DNA of 64,000 nucleotides from the NCBI GenBank assembly GCA_963702475.1, contig CAVPCT010000004.1, forward strand, positions 256,001 through 320,000, written 5' to 3'. Positions 47,711 to 57,769 of this stretch are shown here, piece by piece (position 1 is the first letter of the stretch; the number at the start of each line of letters is the position of its first letter). Both the position numbers and the translations under genes were made by a program. This DNA is from an uncultured Thermoleophilia bacterium (lineage in GTDB: Bacteria > Actinomycetota > Thermoleophilia > UBA2241). A model generated the notes under the pieces. The model did not search any database. It had not been told where the DNA came from and saw nothing but the letters and a program-made list of their open reading frames with translations.

Positions 47711-49013
47711 AGATCGCGAACTTGCCGGTCAGGAAGACGAGCAGGACGAGGCCACCGACCACGCACGCCTTGTGCAGGCGCGGGCGGTCTCTGGTGTACA
47801 GGGCGAGCGCCACGTAGAGCGGGAAGACCGCCAGCATGAACCGCGGGTACGACATCAGCGGCACGTATTTCGACGGGAAGAAGAGCGGGTAGGCGAGCAG
47901 GGCGAGCGCGTACCAGGAATAGGCGCGCGGAAGACGGCGCGCGCCGTACCAGAGCAACAGGGCCGCGACCAGGAGGAACAGCAGGTTCTGCAGGTTGGTC
48001 GCGAAGGTGCTGTAGGCGGTCCCGGGGCGCGGCACGGCCCAGAGCGCGTTGTAGAACTCGGCGGCGACCATCTTGCGGATACCCCAGAACAGGGTGACGA
48101 ACGCCTTGGCCACGGTGTAGTTCGGAAAGGCGAACCCGCGCTCCCACACGGCCTGCGCGGTGGAGAACATCAGGGGCTTGCCGAACGCCAGGGCCAGGTA
48201 GGTCATCCACACGAGCATGCCTTCCACCACCATCAGCAGGTTGGCGACGTGCGAGTCGGTCTTCTTCCAGTCCCACTGCCGGCGCTCGTAGTAGTAGTAC
48301 GCCATAGGGACGAGCAGGATGATGCCGGTGCTCCGCGTCAGCGTCGCGAGCAGGCCCATCACACCGGCCAATCTCCAGCGACCCTCGCGCGCGAACACGA
48401 AGCAGGCGAGGGAGAGGAAGAGGAACAGCGACTCCGTGTAGACGGCCTGGAAGAAGAACGACAACGGCGTGACGGCGAGGTAGATCACGGCGCGTGAGGC
48501 CGTCTCGGCGTCGAAGTCGGAGCGCACGAGCCGGTACAGCAGCCACACGGAGCCGGCGTAGCAGGCCAGCGACACGACGATACCGGTGACGACCAGATTG
48601 CCGCCGAACACCAGACCGACGTAGCGCAGCAGCATCGGGAACAACGGGAAGAAGGCCGTGCTGCCGTCGCCGTCGGCGTAACCACTGGTGGCGATCTTGA
48701 TGTACCAGACCCCGTCCCAGTGAGCCCAGGGATTGAAGAGGCTGCCGAGCCAGCCCGTGAACACCTCGGCGCGCGCCGGGAACCGCCAGCCGATGGGTGA
48801 CCCTTGGACGCCGATGAGGGCTGCTGCGGCGAAGGCTGCGGCCACGATGACGAGCCGGCTGCCCACAGCCCAGGCGACGGCGCGGCGGAGGGGACCCGAC
48901 GTCGCGCCGTCGCGGGGGGCGACCACTTCGCCGGCGGGAGTCCGGCCGGCCGGCTCGTCTCCCTTCGGCGAGCGGACGCCGCCGGCGATGGTGTCTCCGG
49001 CGGCGGCGTCCAC
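47694..49013 (-). CDS. PIG-V-like (GT76) GT-C mannosyltransferase
   Basis: WDGVWYIKIA..GY, AFFPLFP, YTESLF, RSTG and SYPRF. Start is uncertain. Confidence 0.88.
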   Translation of the reverse strand: MDAAAGDTIAGGVRSPKGDEPAGRTPAGEVVAPRDGATSGPLRRAVAWAVGSRLVIVAAAFAAAALIGVQGSPIGWRFPARAEVFTGWLGSLFNPWAHWDGVWYIKIATSGYADGDGSTAFFPLFPMLLRYVGLVFGGNLVVTGIVVSLACYAGSVWLLYRLVRSDFDAETASRAVIYLAVTPLSFFFQAVYTESLFLFLSLACFVFAREGRWRLAGVMGLLATLTRSTGIILLVPMAYYYYERRQWDWKKTDSHVANLLMVVEGMLVWMTYLALAFGKPLMFSTAQAVWERGFAFPNYTVAKAFVTLFWGIRKMVAAEFYNALWAVPRPGTAYSTFATNLQNLLFLLVAALLLWYGARRLPRAYSWYALALLAYPLFFPSKYVPLMSYPRFMLAVFPLYVALALYTRDRPRLHKACVVGGLVLLVFLTGKFAIFSWVA

Positions 49014-49026
49014 GGCCCCGGGCGGA

Positions 49027-49845
49027 TCACCCAGGGCCGTTCGCCTCCCGGCGGCCGAGCACACCGTCGGCGACGAGGCGCGCCAAGACAGCGGCGCGCA
49101 GGTCGCTGGCGAGCTCGCGCCGCTCGTGCGGTTCGTTCGCCCAGGCGTGCAGCCGCAGGCTCACGCCTTCCGCGCCGAGCTGCTCGACGGTCACGAGGTT
49201 CTCCCGTCCCGCCGGCGGCTCCGCGAGCTCGTTGCCGACCGCCAGCACAGCCGCCCGCACCGCCTCCAGGTCGGCATCCACCGGCACGGCGAAGTCGACG
49301 GTGACCACGCTCTGCGGTGTGCCGAGCGTGTAGTTGTTGACCATCTGGCTGGCGAACGCCTCGTTGGGGATCACCACGTGGCGGCCGTCACCGGTGCGGA
49401 TATAGGTGAAGGTGAACGTGATCTCCTCCACGGTGCCGAACTCGCCGTTCACGCTGATGTAGTCGCCCAGGCGAACGGGCTGGGCGAACGCCAGCATGAC
49501 GCCGCTCACGAGGTTGGCGATGGGCGCCCGGGCGGCGATGCCGATGACGCCGGCGACGATCGCCGTGGAGGCGAGGATGGCTCCGGACAGGGTCCTGAAG
49601 GCCGGGAACTGGAAGAGCGCCAGGGTGAAGCCCACACCGAGGATGGCCACCACGATGAGCCGCCGGAACATGACGTACCGCGTGCGGTCCGCACGGCCCG
49701 GCCGCTTTCCCAACAGCCGTTCCATGGCGGCGTCGCGGCGCGCGAGGATGTAGTCGACCACGCGCGCCGCGATCACCGCGATGACCACGTAGACGATCGC
49801 CTCGAACCACGCGGTCTGGTAGAAGGCTGTGGCGACGGTGCTCAC
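49027..49845 (-). CDS. Small-conductance mechanosensitive channel (MscS family)
   Basis: Three TMs, ANLVSG, PVRLGD, GTVEEI and IPN. Confidence 0.92.
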   Translation of the reverse strand: MSTVATAFYQTAWFEAIVYVVIAVIAARVVDYILARRDAAMERLLGKRPGRADRTRYVMFRRLIVVAILGVGFTLALFQFPAFRTLSGAILASTAIVAGVIGIAARAPIANLVSGVMLAFAQPVRLGDYISVNGEFGTVEEITFTFTYIRTGDGRHVVIPNEAFASQMVNNYTLGTPQSVVTVDFAVPVDADLEAVRAAVLAVGNELAEPPAGRENLVTVEQLGAEGVSLRLHAWANEPHERRELASDLRAAVLARLVADGVLGRREANGPG

Positions 49846-49855
49846 GGACTGAAGG

Positions 49856-50434
49856 TCAAGGGGTCGGCGTCGAGCTTGGCGAGGACGTCGGTCCGGGGAG
49901 CAGCTGCTCGGGCAGGAGGTCGTCGCGGATGTCGTAAAGCAGGTTGCCGTTGCGGTAGTCCAGCACCCCGACGACCGTGTCCTCGTTGTCGGAGATGGTG
50001 TCCACCACGCCGTGTATCTGCCAGACGAACTTGTAGGTCGGCGTGATGGTCGAGCTCACCGTGCGCCCGTCGATGCGGTGCGTGAAGGTGTACGGCGCGT
50101 CGGCGGGGACGTACAGGAGCTGCACCTCGCGCGGGTCCACTGACGTGCCTTTGAACGCCCAGTCGGCCTTGCGCAGCGCCATGCCGGACGTCTTGAGCTC
50201 TGAGTTCCCGGGGACGGCGACGGCGGCGAGTGCGAACGGCCAGCCGCGCCACGGCTGCCGCACGAACTCCATGCGCTGGCTGGGTGCGGTGTAGCGGAAC
50301 GCCACGAACGCCGGGAAGAGGAAGACGACCAGGGCAGCCACGACGAGGGTGACCACGAGCAACTGCCTGCCGCGCGCGCGCCGCCTGGGCGCGGCGCGCG
50401 CCGTCGTCTGCGCGCGCGCCTCCTCGTCAGTCAT
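49856..50434 (-). CDS. Hypothetical membrane-anchored exported protein
   Basis: Basic N-terminus, one TM and a Pro/Ser/Thr tail; operonic position. Confidence 0.7.
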   Translation of the reverse strand: MTDEEARAQTTARAAPRRRARGRQLLVVTLVVAALVVFLFPAFVAFRYTAPSQRMEFVRQPWRGWPFALAAVAVPGNSELKTSGMALRKADWAFKGTSVDPREVQLLYVPADAPYTFTHRIDGRTVSSTITPTYKFVWQIHGVVDTISDNEDTVVGVLDYRNGNLLYDIRDDLLPEQLLPGPTSSPSSTPTP

Positions 50435-51233
50435 CTCGGTCCGTGTCCACCACGGTGCCGTCGCGCAGCACGTCGGTCTTCGGGAAGATGGCGCGTGCGG
50501 CCTGCTCCAGGCCCTCGTAGTACTCCTCGTCGTGCAGGGGGTTCAGGTGCATCGGTACGAGACGCCGCACGCCGGCCTTGCATGCAAGCGTCGCGACTGC
50601 CGACACCTCGCTGTGCGAGGCGTAGCCGGGAAGGAGCTCCGGGGGGGCCGTCCTGGTCCTGGGGTCGGCGCCATTGAACCAGGCCTCGTGGAAGAGGACG
50701 CCGGCGCCTTCCGCGAAGGCGGCGGTCTCGGGGTCGGGCCTGGTGTCGGTGGCCAGGACGAACGCGTCGTCCACGCGGTAAGCCACGCTGATGTCCGAGT
50801 GCTGCTGGGCGCGGACGTGCACCGTGTGGCCGGCGATCTCGTTCGGCCCCGCATGGAGCGGCTCCAGGCCCACGCCTTCCAGGTCGTCCCAGTCCTTCGG
50901 GTTGTACGGCTTGCGCAGTATGCCCGTGACGGCGGCGACCGGGTCGACGCCGTTGACGGCCTCCTCCGGCGGGTGGATGAGGAGCGAGCGGCCGGGAAGG
51001 ACACCCGGCAGGTAGGCCAACCCGCAGATGTGATCCAGGTGGTAGTGCGTGAGGAAGAGGTGGACGGTGCCGGAGCCGGCGAGCAGGCGGGCGTGCTCGG
51101 GCTGGAGCAGGCGGCGCAGGCCGGTGCCGGCGTCGAAGATGAAGGCGTCCTCGCCCGACCGGCAGGCGAAGCAGGTGGTCTCGCGCCGGTCGCTCGGCAT
51201 CCATCCCATGGTTCCCAGCACGGTAACGTCCAT
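50427..51233 (-). CDS. Metallo-beta-lactamase-fold hydrolase (RNase Z/BN-like)
   Basis: VLGT.G, DAGTG, THYHLDH, TDT, HEA, SHS and MH. Confidence 0.88.
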   Translation of the reverse strand: MDVTVLGTMGWMPSDRRETTCFACRSGEDAFIFDAGTGLRRLLQPEHARLLAGSGTVHLFLTHYHLDHICGLAYLPGVLPGRSLLIHPPEEAVNGVDPVAAVTGILRKPYNPKDWDDLEGVGLEPLHAGPNEIAGHTVHVRAQQHSDISVAYRVDDAFVLATDTRPDPETAAFAEGAGVLFHEAWFNGADPRTRTAPPELLPGYASHSEVSAVATLACKAGVRRLVPMHLNPLHDEEYYEGLEQAARAIFPKTDVLRDGTVVDTDRDD

Positions 51234-51340
51234 GGCTGCCCCGCCTTCCTCGACGACGTCTCCGAACGAGTGTGCTCCCCAAAGCATAACGGTACAACTC
51301 AGACGTGGAGACACCGTGTCTGCGCGTCCGGGAGGCTGCC

Positions 51341-52159
51341 GTGGACCTCGACCTCGTCGACTTCGCTCAGCGGCTCGATCTCGACGCGACCGCACGGGGC
51401 CTTTGGGCCGCGGGGGCGCCGCACCTCGGAGCGGCTGTATGCGGTGAGGATGCGGGGTTTCTCGCGGCGCTCGCGGGCGTTGCGCGAAGCGCCGCTCTCT
51501 CGGGCTCGGCCCCGGTCGCGGCGCTGCTCGACGCGTACAACGAAGGCTGCGGCCAGGTCTGCCGCTCGCTCGAAGGCATGGGCGGCACGGAGGCTCGCGA
51601 CACCTGTCTTCGCCTGCGAGCGCTCGACAGGGTCGCCTTGTCGCATATCGCCACGGGCTACTGCGCGGGACTGGAGGAGACGCTCGAGTCCCTGCGCCGG
51701 GCGGTGGCGGACGAGTCGCCGGTCGACCCGGAGACGGGCGCCCTCAAGCCGCGTGAGCTGGCGACCAGGTTGGCACTGGAGGCGGAGCGCTGCCGCCGCG
51801 CCGAGGGGCCACTGGGGCTCGTGGCATTCGGTCTGGCCTCGCCGGCCGCGCGTTCTCGGGCCGCGTGCCAAGTGGCGAGGCGCCTGGGCGCCGGCGTGCG
51901 CCGGTACGACAGCGTCGGGCTCACCGGCGGCGGCGATATCGTGGTGATCATGCCGGACGTCGCCCGCCGCGGCCTCGTGGCGGCGGCGGAGCGTCTGACG
52001 CACGAGGCCGGACACCTGCGCGAGCGTGACCCGACCACCGAGGTGGTCTGCGCGCTCTTCCACTACGACGAGGTGGACCTGGAGGCGCCTGCGATGCTTG
52101 CGGCGCTCGAACGCGGCCTGGACGAGGCTCGGTTCGCGCGCAGCCGGGCCGCGTCCTGA
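51341..52159 (+). CDS. Degenerate GGDEF-domain protein with intact RxxD I-site
   Basis: DPETGAL, E.ERC.R and RRYD-SVGLT-GGGDI. SD GGGAGG before GTG 51341. Confidence 0.78.
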   Translation: MDLDLVDFAQRLDLDATARGLWAAGAPHLGAAVCGEDAGFLAALAGVARSAALSGSAPVAALLDAYNEGCGQVCRSLEGMGGTEARDTCLRLRALDRVALSHIATGYCAGLEETLESLRRAVADESPVDPETGALKPRELATRLALEAERCRRAEGPLGLVAFGLASPAARSRAACQVARRLGAGVRRYDSVGLTGGGDIVVIMPDVARRGLVAAAERLTHEAGHLRERDPTTEVVCALFHYDEVDLEAPAMLAALERGLDEARFARSRAAS

Positions 52160-52162
52160 GAG

Positions 52163-52609
52163 TCAGGAGTCGCGCCGCTCTCCGAGGGCCTCGGCGGCGC
52201 GGCGCACCATCTCGCGCTCGTTCGGGTACGTCATGAGACGGAGCGCTTCCGACAGGGGCACGAACCTGGCCTCGCTGACCTCGTGGTCGTGATCGGCGGT
52301 ATCGCCGCCGGTGGCGTGCATGAGGAAGTAGTGCACGGTCTTGTGGATGCGCCCGCCCTCGCCGCGCGAGTAGAACGAGTAGTCGATCGAGCCCAGTCGG
52401 TCGTCGACGACGGCATCGATGCCCGTCTCCTCTGAGACTTCGCGCACGGCCGCCTGCGCCGGCGTCTCGCCGGTCTCGATGCCGCCCTTGGGCAGACCCC
52501 ACACACTGCGGCCCGTGGGCCGGATGAGGCAGATCTCCAAGCCGGCGCCGCTGCGTACGACGACGCCGCCGGCCGACGTTTTCTCGCGTGTTCCGGGCAC
52601 TGCGGTCAC
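52163..52609 (-). CDS. NUDIX hydrolase (Ap4A hydrolase-like)
   Basis: SAGGVV and WGLPKGGIETGETPAQAAVREVSEETG. Confidence 0.93.
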   Translation of the reverse strand: MTAVPGTREKTSAGGVVVRSGAGLEICLIRPTGRSVWGLPKGGIETGETPAQAAVREVSEETGIDAVVDDRLGSIDYSFYSRGEGGRIHKTVHYFLMHATGGDTADHDHEVSEARFVPLSEALRLMTYPNEREMVRRAAEALGERRDS

Positions 52610-52736
52610 GCTTTCTCGACGCGGATGCGGACTCTGGCCAAGTATATAGAACGCGGGGTGGGGGACCGTACGCGTCCTTGGCCGCCCGGCCGCGCGCGTG
52701 CCCTGGGCGCCACTCTCGTGCCTGTACTATGGCCCG

Positions 52737-54074
52737 GTGAGCCGCATCCTCGACACCCTCGGCGCCCTCACTGAGCCCGAGTTCCGCAAGCTGTTCATCG
52801 GCCAGGCGACTTCGGTCGTCGGCTCGATGTTCCGCGTGGTGGCGCTGCCGTTCGCCGTGCTTGCCATCGGCGGCAGCGCGACGGACATCGGCATCGTCAT
52901 GGCCTCCGCGCTCGTGCCTCTGGCTGTGCTTGTCCTCGCCGGCGGCGTCTGGGCCGACCGTCTCCCGCGCCGCCTCGTGATGTTGGCCGCCGACCTGGCG
53001 CGTACCGTCCTGCAGCTTGCGGCAGCGGCTCTGCTGATCACGGGCGTGGCCGAGGTCTGGCACCTCGCCCTCCTGCAGGTCGGCATGGGCGTCGCGGAGG
53101 CCTTCTTCGGCCCGTCGTACACCGGCCTGGTGCCGGAGGTCGTCAGCCCGCCCCGCCTCCAGCAGGCCAACGCACTGCAGGGGCTCGTGTCGAGCGGATC
53201 GATCACGCTCGGCGCGACGCTCGCGGGGCTGCTGGTGGCGGTCGTCGGACCCGGTTGGGCGCTCGGCATCGACGGGCTCAGCTTCCTGGTGAGCGCCGCG
53301 TTCCTCCTGCGTCTGAGGCCGGAGCGGTTTCTCGGCACGGCGAGGCGGCCGGCGGCTGCCTCAGGACCGGCCCGGGCGCTCGCCGGGGAGGAGCCGGCCG
53401 CCGGAGACTCCGCCGGCGACCACCCTCGGGGCTTCTTCCGCGACCTGGCCGCGGGCTGGCAGGAGTTCCGGCGGCACACGTGGATATGGGTGACGGTCAT
53501 CGGGGCGGCCGCGTTCCTGTTCGCGGTGGACGGCCCTCTCCAGGTGCTCGGTCCCATCGTGGCCGACGACGTGTACGCGGGCGCCCGCACCTGGGGTCTG
53601 ACTTCGGCCGCAATGGGGATCGGCCAGATCGCCGGAGGCCTGCTCGGGCTGCGCTGGCGCCCGCGTCGCCCGATCCTCGTCATCTGCGGCGGCATGTGGC
53701 TGGCCGCCCTCCCGGTCGCGTTCCTGGCGCTCGAGACGCCGGTCTGGACGCTGTACGCGGCCATGGCGGTCATCGGCGTCGAGTGGGGCCTGTACGACCC
53801 GTTCTGGATGACGTGCATGCAGCGCGTGGTGCCGCCGGACATGATCTCGCGTGTCTCGGCCTACGACTGGTTCTGCGTGTTGGCGTTCTACCCGGCCGGA
53901 CTTGCGCTGGCCGGCCCGCTGGCCGACGCTCTGGGCCGCTCCACGGTGCTGTGGGCGTCGGCTGCGGTCGCCGTGGGCGTGAGCGTGTTCCAGGTGCTCT
54001 GGCGCGACGTGCGCGCACCGCACGACATGGGGCCGCCGCCCGAGGCTTCGCCCGCGGCGGCCCCGTCCACCTGA
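52737..54074 (+). CDS. MFS transporter (DHA3/macrolide-efflux-like)
   Basis: About 12 TMs with GGVWADRLPRR and LQQANAL. Confidence 0.9.
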   Translation: MSRILDTLGALTEPEFRKLFIGQATSVVGSMFRVVALPFAVLAIGGSATDIGIVMASALVPLAVLVLAGGVWADRLPRRLVMLAADLARTVLQLAAAALLITGVAEVWHLALLQVGMGVAEAFFGPSYTGLVPEVVSPPRLQQANALQGLVSSGSITLGATLAGLLVAVVGPGWALGIDGLSFLVSAAFLLRLRPERFLGTARRPAAASGPARALAGEEPAAGDSAGDHPRGFFRDLAAGWQEFRRHTWIWVTVIGAAAFLFAVDGPLQVLGPIVADDVYAGARTWGLTSAAMGIGQIAGGLLGLRWRPRRPILVICGGMWLAALPVAFLALETPVWTLYAAMAVIGVEWGLYDPFWMTCMQRVVPPDMISRVSAYDWFCVLAFYPAGLALAGPLADALGRSTVLWASAAVAVGVSVFQVLWRDVRAPHDMGPPPEASPAAAPST

Positions 54075-54095
54075 GCGTCCGTTCTCGCCAGGCGG

Positions 54096-55925
54096 TCAGA
54101 AGGCCTGGCCGGTGGCCTCCCATTCGGCGTACAGGCGTGCGTAGCGACCGCCCGCCGCGACCAGCTGTTCGTGGGCGCCGCGCTCCACCACGCGACCGGC
54201 GTCGATCACGAGGATCTCGTCCGCGTACCGCACGGTACTCAGGCGGTGGGCGACGATCACGCTGGTGCGCCCGCTGAAAAGCACCTCCATGGCGCGCTCG
54301 ATGCGCCGTTCGCTCTCCGCGTCCACGCTGGAGGTGGCCTCATCGAGGATGAGGACGCGCGGGTCTGCGAGCAGGGCCCGCGCGAAGCTGATGAGCTGCC
54401 GTTGCCCGGTGCTGAGCCCCGATCCGCCCTCCTGGACCTCGGTGGCGTACCCGTCCGGCAACGCCGCTACGAAGTCGTGCACCCCGACGATGCGGGCGAC
54501 GCGCTTGACCTCATCCTCGTCGGCGTCGGGCCGTGCGAAACGGATGTTGTCCAGGACCGAGCCGCTGAACAGGAACGCCTCCTGGGGAACGACGGCCAGC
54601 TGCTCGCGCAGGGAGGCCATCGTCACGCCGCGCAGGTCGTGTCCGTCGATGAGCACGGCGCCCGCAGTCGGGTCGTAGAAGCGAGCCAGGAGCTTGATGA
54701 CGGTGGACTTGCCGGCGCCGGTGGCTCCGACGAGCGCGACGGTGCTCCCTGCTCGGATGCTGAAGTCGACGTCGTGCAGGACCGGCTTGCCGGGGTCGTA
54801 GCCGAACGTCACGTGGCTCAGTGTCACCTCACCGCGGACGTCCGGCAGGTCGACGGCGTCGGCCGCGTCCTTCAGGTCGGGATCGGTGTCGAGCACCGTG
54901 TAGATCTTCTGTACGGCCGCCATCGACGCCTGGAAGGTGTTGTAGAGCTGGCTGAGCTGCTGCAGCGGGTCGAAGAAGCTGTTCAGGTAGCCGATGAACG
55001 CGACCAGCACGCCGATCTCGAGCGCCCGGTGCGTGGCCAGCGAGCCGCCGTACCAGAGCACGATGACCACGGCCGCGGCCGACATGAACTCCACGAAGGG
55101 AAAGTAGACGCCGCTCTGCACGACCGTGCGGAGGTTGACGTCGCGGTAGGCGGCGTTGGCCACGGCCAGCCGGTCGTAGTCCGCGTCCTCGCGGCGGAAC
55201 GCCTGCAGCACGCGGACGCCGTGGATGGACTCCTGCAGGTGCGCGCTCACGTCGCCGATCTTGTTGCGCACCAGGGCGTAGGCGCGCGCGGAGCGCGAGC
55301 GGAAGATCAGGGTGGCGACGATGAGGAACGGCATGATGCTCAATGTCGCCAGGGCCAGGCGCCAGTCCAGGATGAAGAGGAAGGCGATCGCGCCGATGAA
55401 CGTCAGCGAGTTCGTCACCAGCGAGGTGACGCCGTCGGTGACGAGCTGGTCGAGGGCATCGATGTCGTTGGTGAGGCGGCTGACGATCCACCCGGTCTTC
55501 TGGCGGCTGAAGAAGTCCAGCGACAGCTTCTGCAAGTGTGCGAAGAGGCTTCTGCGCAGGTCGTAGATGATGTGCTCGCCCACCCAGCTCGTCAGGTACG
55601 TCTGCAGGTAGCTGGCGCCCAGGTTGATGCCGCTGACGACGATGAAGGCGACGATGACCCAGGTGAGCACGGTCATGCTCTTCGCGCCGATGCCGGAGTC
55701 GATGGCGACCTTGAGCAGGTAGGGCACGGCGAGGGTGCTGAGCGTGACCACGATCATGGCCACCACGCTCATCAGGGCGCGCCGGCGGTACGGGTAGGCG
55801 AGGCGCGCGAGCCGGGCGAGCTTGAGCTCGCGCGCCAGGTGCACGAAGGCGCGCCAGCCCTTCAGCTCCTCGAGGCTGGCGCCGGAGCCGTGCGGACCGC
55901 TGTGATGACGGGAGGCGGTGGCCAT
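54096..55925 (-). CDS. ABC exporter half-transporter (TMD-NBD)
   Basis: GATGAGKST, LSTGQRQ, LDEATS and AHR. Confidence 0.95.
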   Translation of the reverse strand: MATASRHHSGPHGSGASLEELKGWRAFVHLARELKLARLARLAYPYRRRALMSVVAMIVVTLSTLAVPYLLKVAIDSGIGAKSMTVLTWVIVAFIVVSGINLGASYLQTYLTSWVGEHIIYDLRRSLFAHLQKLSLDFFSRQKTGWIVSRLTNDIDALDQLVTDGVTSLVTNSLTFIGAIAFLFILDWRLALATLSIMPFLIVATLIFRSRSARAYALVRNKIGDVSAHLQESIHGVRVLQAFRREDADYDRLAVANAAYRDVNLRTVVQSGVYFPFVEFMSAAAVVIVLWYGGSLATHRALEIGVLVAFIGYLNSFFDPLQQLSQLYNTFQASMAAVQKIYTVLDTDPDLKDAADAVDLPDVRGEVTLSHVTFGYDPGKPVLHDVDFSIRAGSTVALVGATGAGKSTVIKLLARFYDPTAGAVLIDGHDLRGVTMASLREQLAVVPQEAFLFSGSVLDNIRFARPDADEDEVKRVARIVGVHDFVAALPDGYATEVQEGGSGLSTGQRQLISFARALLADPRVLILDEATSSVDAESERRIERAMEVLFSGRTSVIVAHRLSTVRYADEILVIDAGRVVERGAHEQLVAAGGRYARLYAEWEATGQAF

Positions 55926-57724
55926 CAGGCGGCGCCTCCGCGTGCGGCCGGCCCGTCCACGTCCACACGGTCCAGGTCGATGTGCTCGGCCTCGGCGCGC
56001 CCGAACATGCGCGCGTACAACGAGCCTTCGGCGATGGCCATGAGCGCCTCGTGGGTGCCGCGCTCCACGATCCGTCCTTTGTCGAGCACCACGATCTCGT
56101 CGGCGAGCGAGATGGTGCTCGGCCGGTGCGCGATGATGAACGTGGTGCGCCCGTACGTGACCTCCTGCAGGGCGCGGCGGATCTTGAGCTCGGTCTCCAC
56201 GTCCACGCTGGACGTGGCATCGTCGAGGATGAGGATGCGCGGGTCCATCACCAGCGCCCGCGCGATGGCGATGCGCTGGCGCTGTCCGCCGCTGAGCGTG
56301 TGACCGCGCTCGCCGATGACGGTGTCGTAGCCGTCGGGCGACGCCTCGATGAACTCGTCGGCCTGCGCGGCCCTGGCCGCCTCGCGCACCTGCTCCAGGG
56401 TCGCCTGCGGGCGTCCGAGCCGGATGTTGTCGGCGATCGACGCACTGAACAGGAACGGATCCTGGTTCACGATGCCGACGTCAGCGCGCAGGCTGGCCAG
56501 CTTCAGGTGGCGCACGTCCAGGCCGTCGACGAGGACGCGGCCCTCGTCGGGGTCGTAGAACCGCGGGATGAAGTTGGTGAGCGTGGTCTTGCCGCAGCCG
56601 GTGTGACCCACCAAGGCGACGGTGCGGCCGGCCGGGACCTCCAGCGTGACGTCGGCGAGGACCGGCCGGTCGCCGTACGCGAAGGTGAGGTGCTCGAACG
56701 CGACGGAGCCGGAGGGGCACGCCGCCCCGGCCTCGCACGGCAGGGCCACGGCATCCGCTTGCTCCACCATCTCGAGCGGCGCGTCCAGCAGTTCGTACAC
56801 GCGGTTGCCGCTCGCGATGGCGCGCTGCGCCAGGCCCGTGAGCCAGCCGATCACCTGGGCCGGGTACACGAACATCATCAGGTAGCCGTAGAAGGCGACG
56901 AGGGCGCCCAGCGTCATCTGCCCTTCGATCACCTGGCGGCCACCGTAGTACAGCAGGAAGGCGACGGCCAGGTTGGGGATGAAGGCGATGAGCGGGATGT
57001 ACACCGCACGCACGCGCGCCGCGGCGACGCTGGCCTCGAACACGCGGTAGCTGCGGAGGCTGAACTTCTCGAGCTCGTCGTCCTCCCGCGCGAAGATGCG
57101 CACGATGCGTGAGCCGACCACGTTCTCCTCCGCCGCCTCGGTGACGTCGGCGATCTTCTGCTGCACGTCCTGCAGGATGGGGCGCAGCTTCTGGCTGAAA
57201 CGCACGGTCACGAACAGCAGCGCCGGCAGAAAGGCCATGGACAGCAGCGCGAGCTGCCAGTCCAGAAGGAAGAGGATCACGACGACGGCGACCATCATCA
57301 CGATGTTGGTGGTGAAGAAGATGAGGCCGTACCCGAGGAACATGCGCACGTTCTGGACGTCGCTCATCAGGCGGCTCATGAGCTGACCGGTGGGCCAGCG
57401 GTCGAAATAGGAGGGCGGCTGCCGCAGCAGGTACGCCCAGGCGCGGTTGCGCAGATCGTACTCGATGCCCAGGCTGGCCTTGCCGGTGGTGATGCGGCGC
57501 GCCACGCCGACCGCGAAGCGCAGGGTGGCCACGCCCAGCAGGATGAGGCCGTAGGTGACGAGTTCGCCGGTCTGGCCGCCGAGCAGGGCGTTGTCGATGG
57601 TGAGCTGCGTGATGCGCGGCACCACGAGACCGAGGCCCATCTGCACGAACGCCAGGGCGAACCCTACGATGGTGAGCCACTTGTAATCGCCGAGCAGCTT
57701 GGTGATGCGCCAGAACGTCTTCAT
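55925..57724 (-). CDS. ABC exporter half-transporter (heterodimer partner, degenerate Walker B)
   Basis: GHTGCGKTT, LSGGQRQ and LDDATS. True start ATG 57724. Confidence 0.95.
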   Translation of the reverse strand: MKTFWRITKLLGDYKWLTIVGFALAFVQMGLGLVVPRITQLTIDNALLGGQTGELVTYGLILLGVATLRFAVGVARRITTGKASLGIEYDLRNRAWAYLLRQPPSYFDRWPTGQLMSRLMSDVQNVRMFLGYGLIFFTTNIVMMVAVVVILFLLDWQLALLSMAFLPALLFVTVRFSQKLRPILQDVQQKIADVTEAAEENVVGSRIVRIFAREDDELEKFSLRSYRVFEASVAAARVRAVYIPLIAFIPNLAVAFLLYYGGRQVIEGQMTLGALVAFYGYLMMFVYPAQVIGWLTGLAQRAIASGNRVYELLDAPLEMVEQADAVALPCEAGAACPSGSVAFEHLTFAYGDRPVLADVTLEVPAGRTVALVGHTGCGKTTLTNFIPRFYDPDEGRVLVDGLDVRHLKLASLRADVGIVNQDPFLFSASIADNIRLGRPQATLEQVREAARAAQADEFIEASPDGYDTVIGERGHTLSGGQRQRIAIARALVMDPRILILDDATSSVDVETELKIRRALQEVTYGRTTFIIAHRPSTISLADEIVVLDKGRIVERGTHEALMAIAEGSLYARMFGRAEAEHIDLDRVDVDGPAARGGAA

Positions 57725-57769
57725 CCCGGAGACCTTACCCGGGGGGAAACAGAGCGATAGGATAGGACC

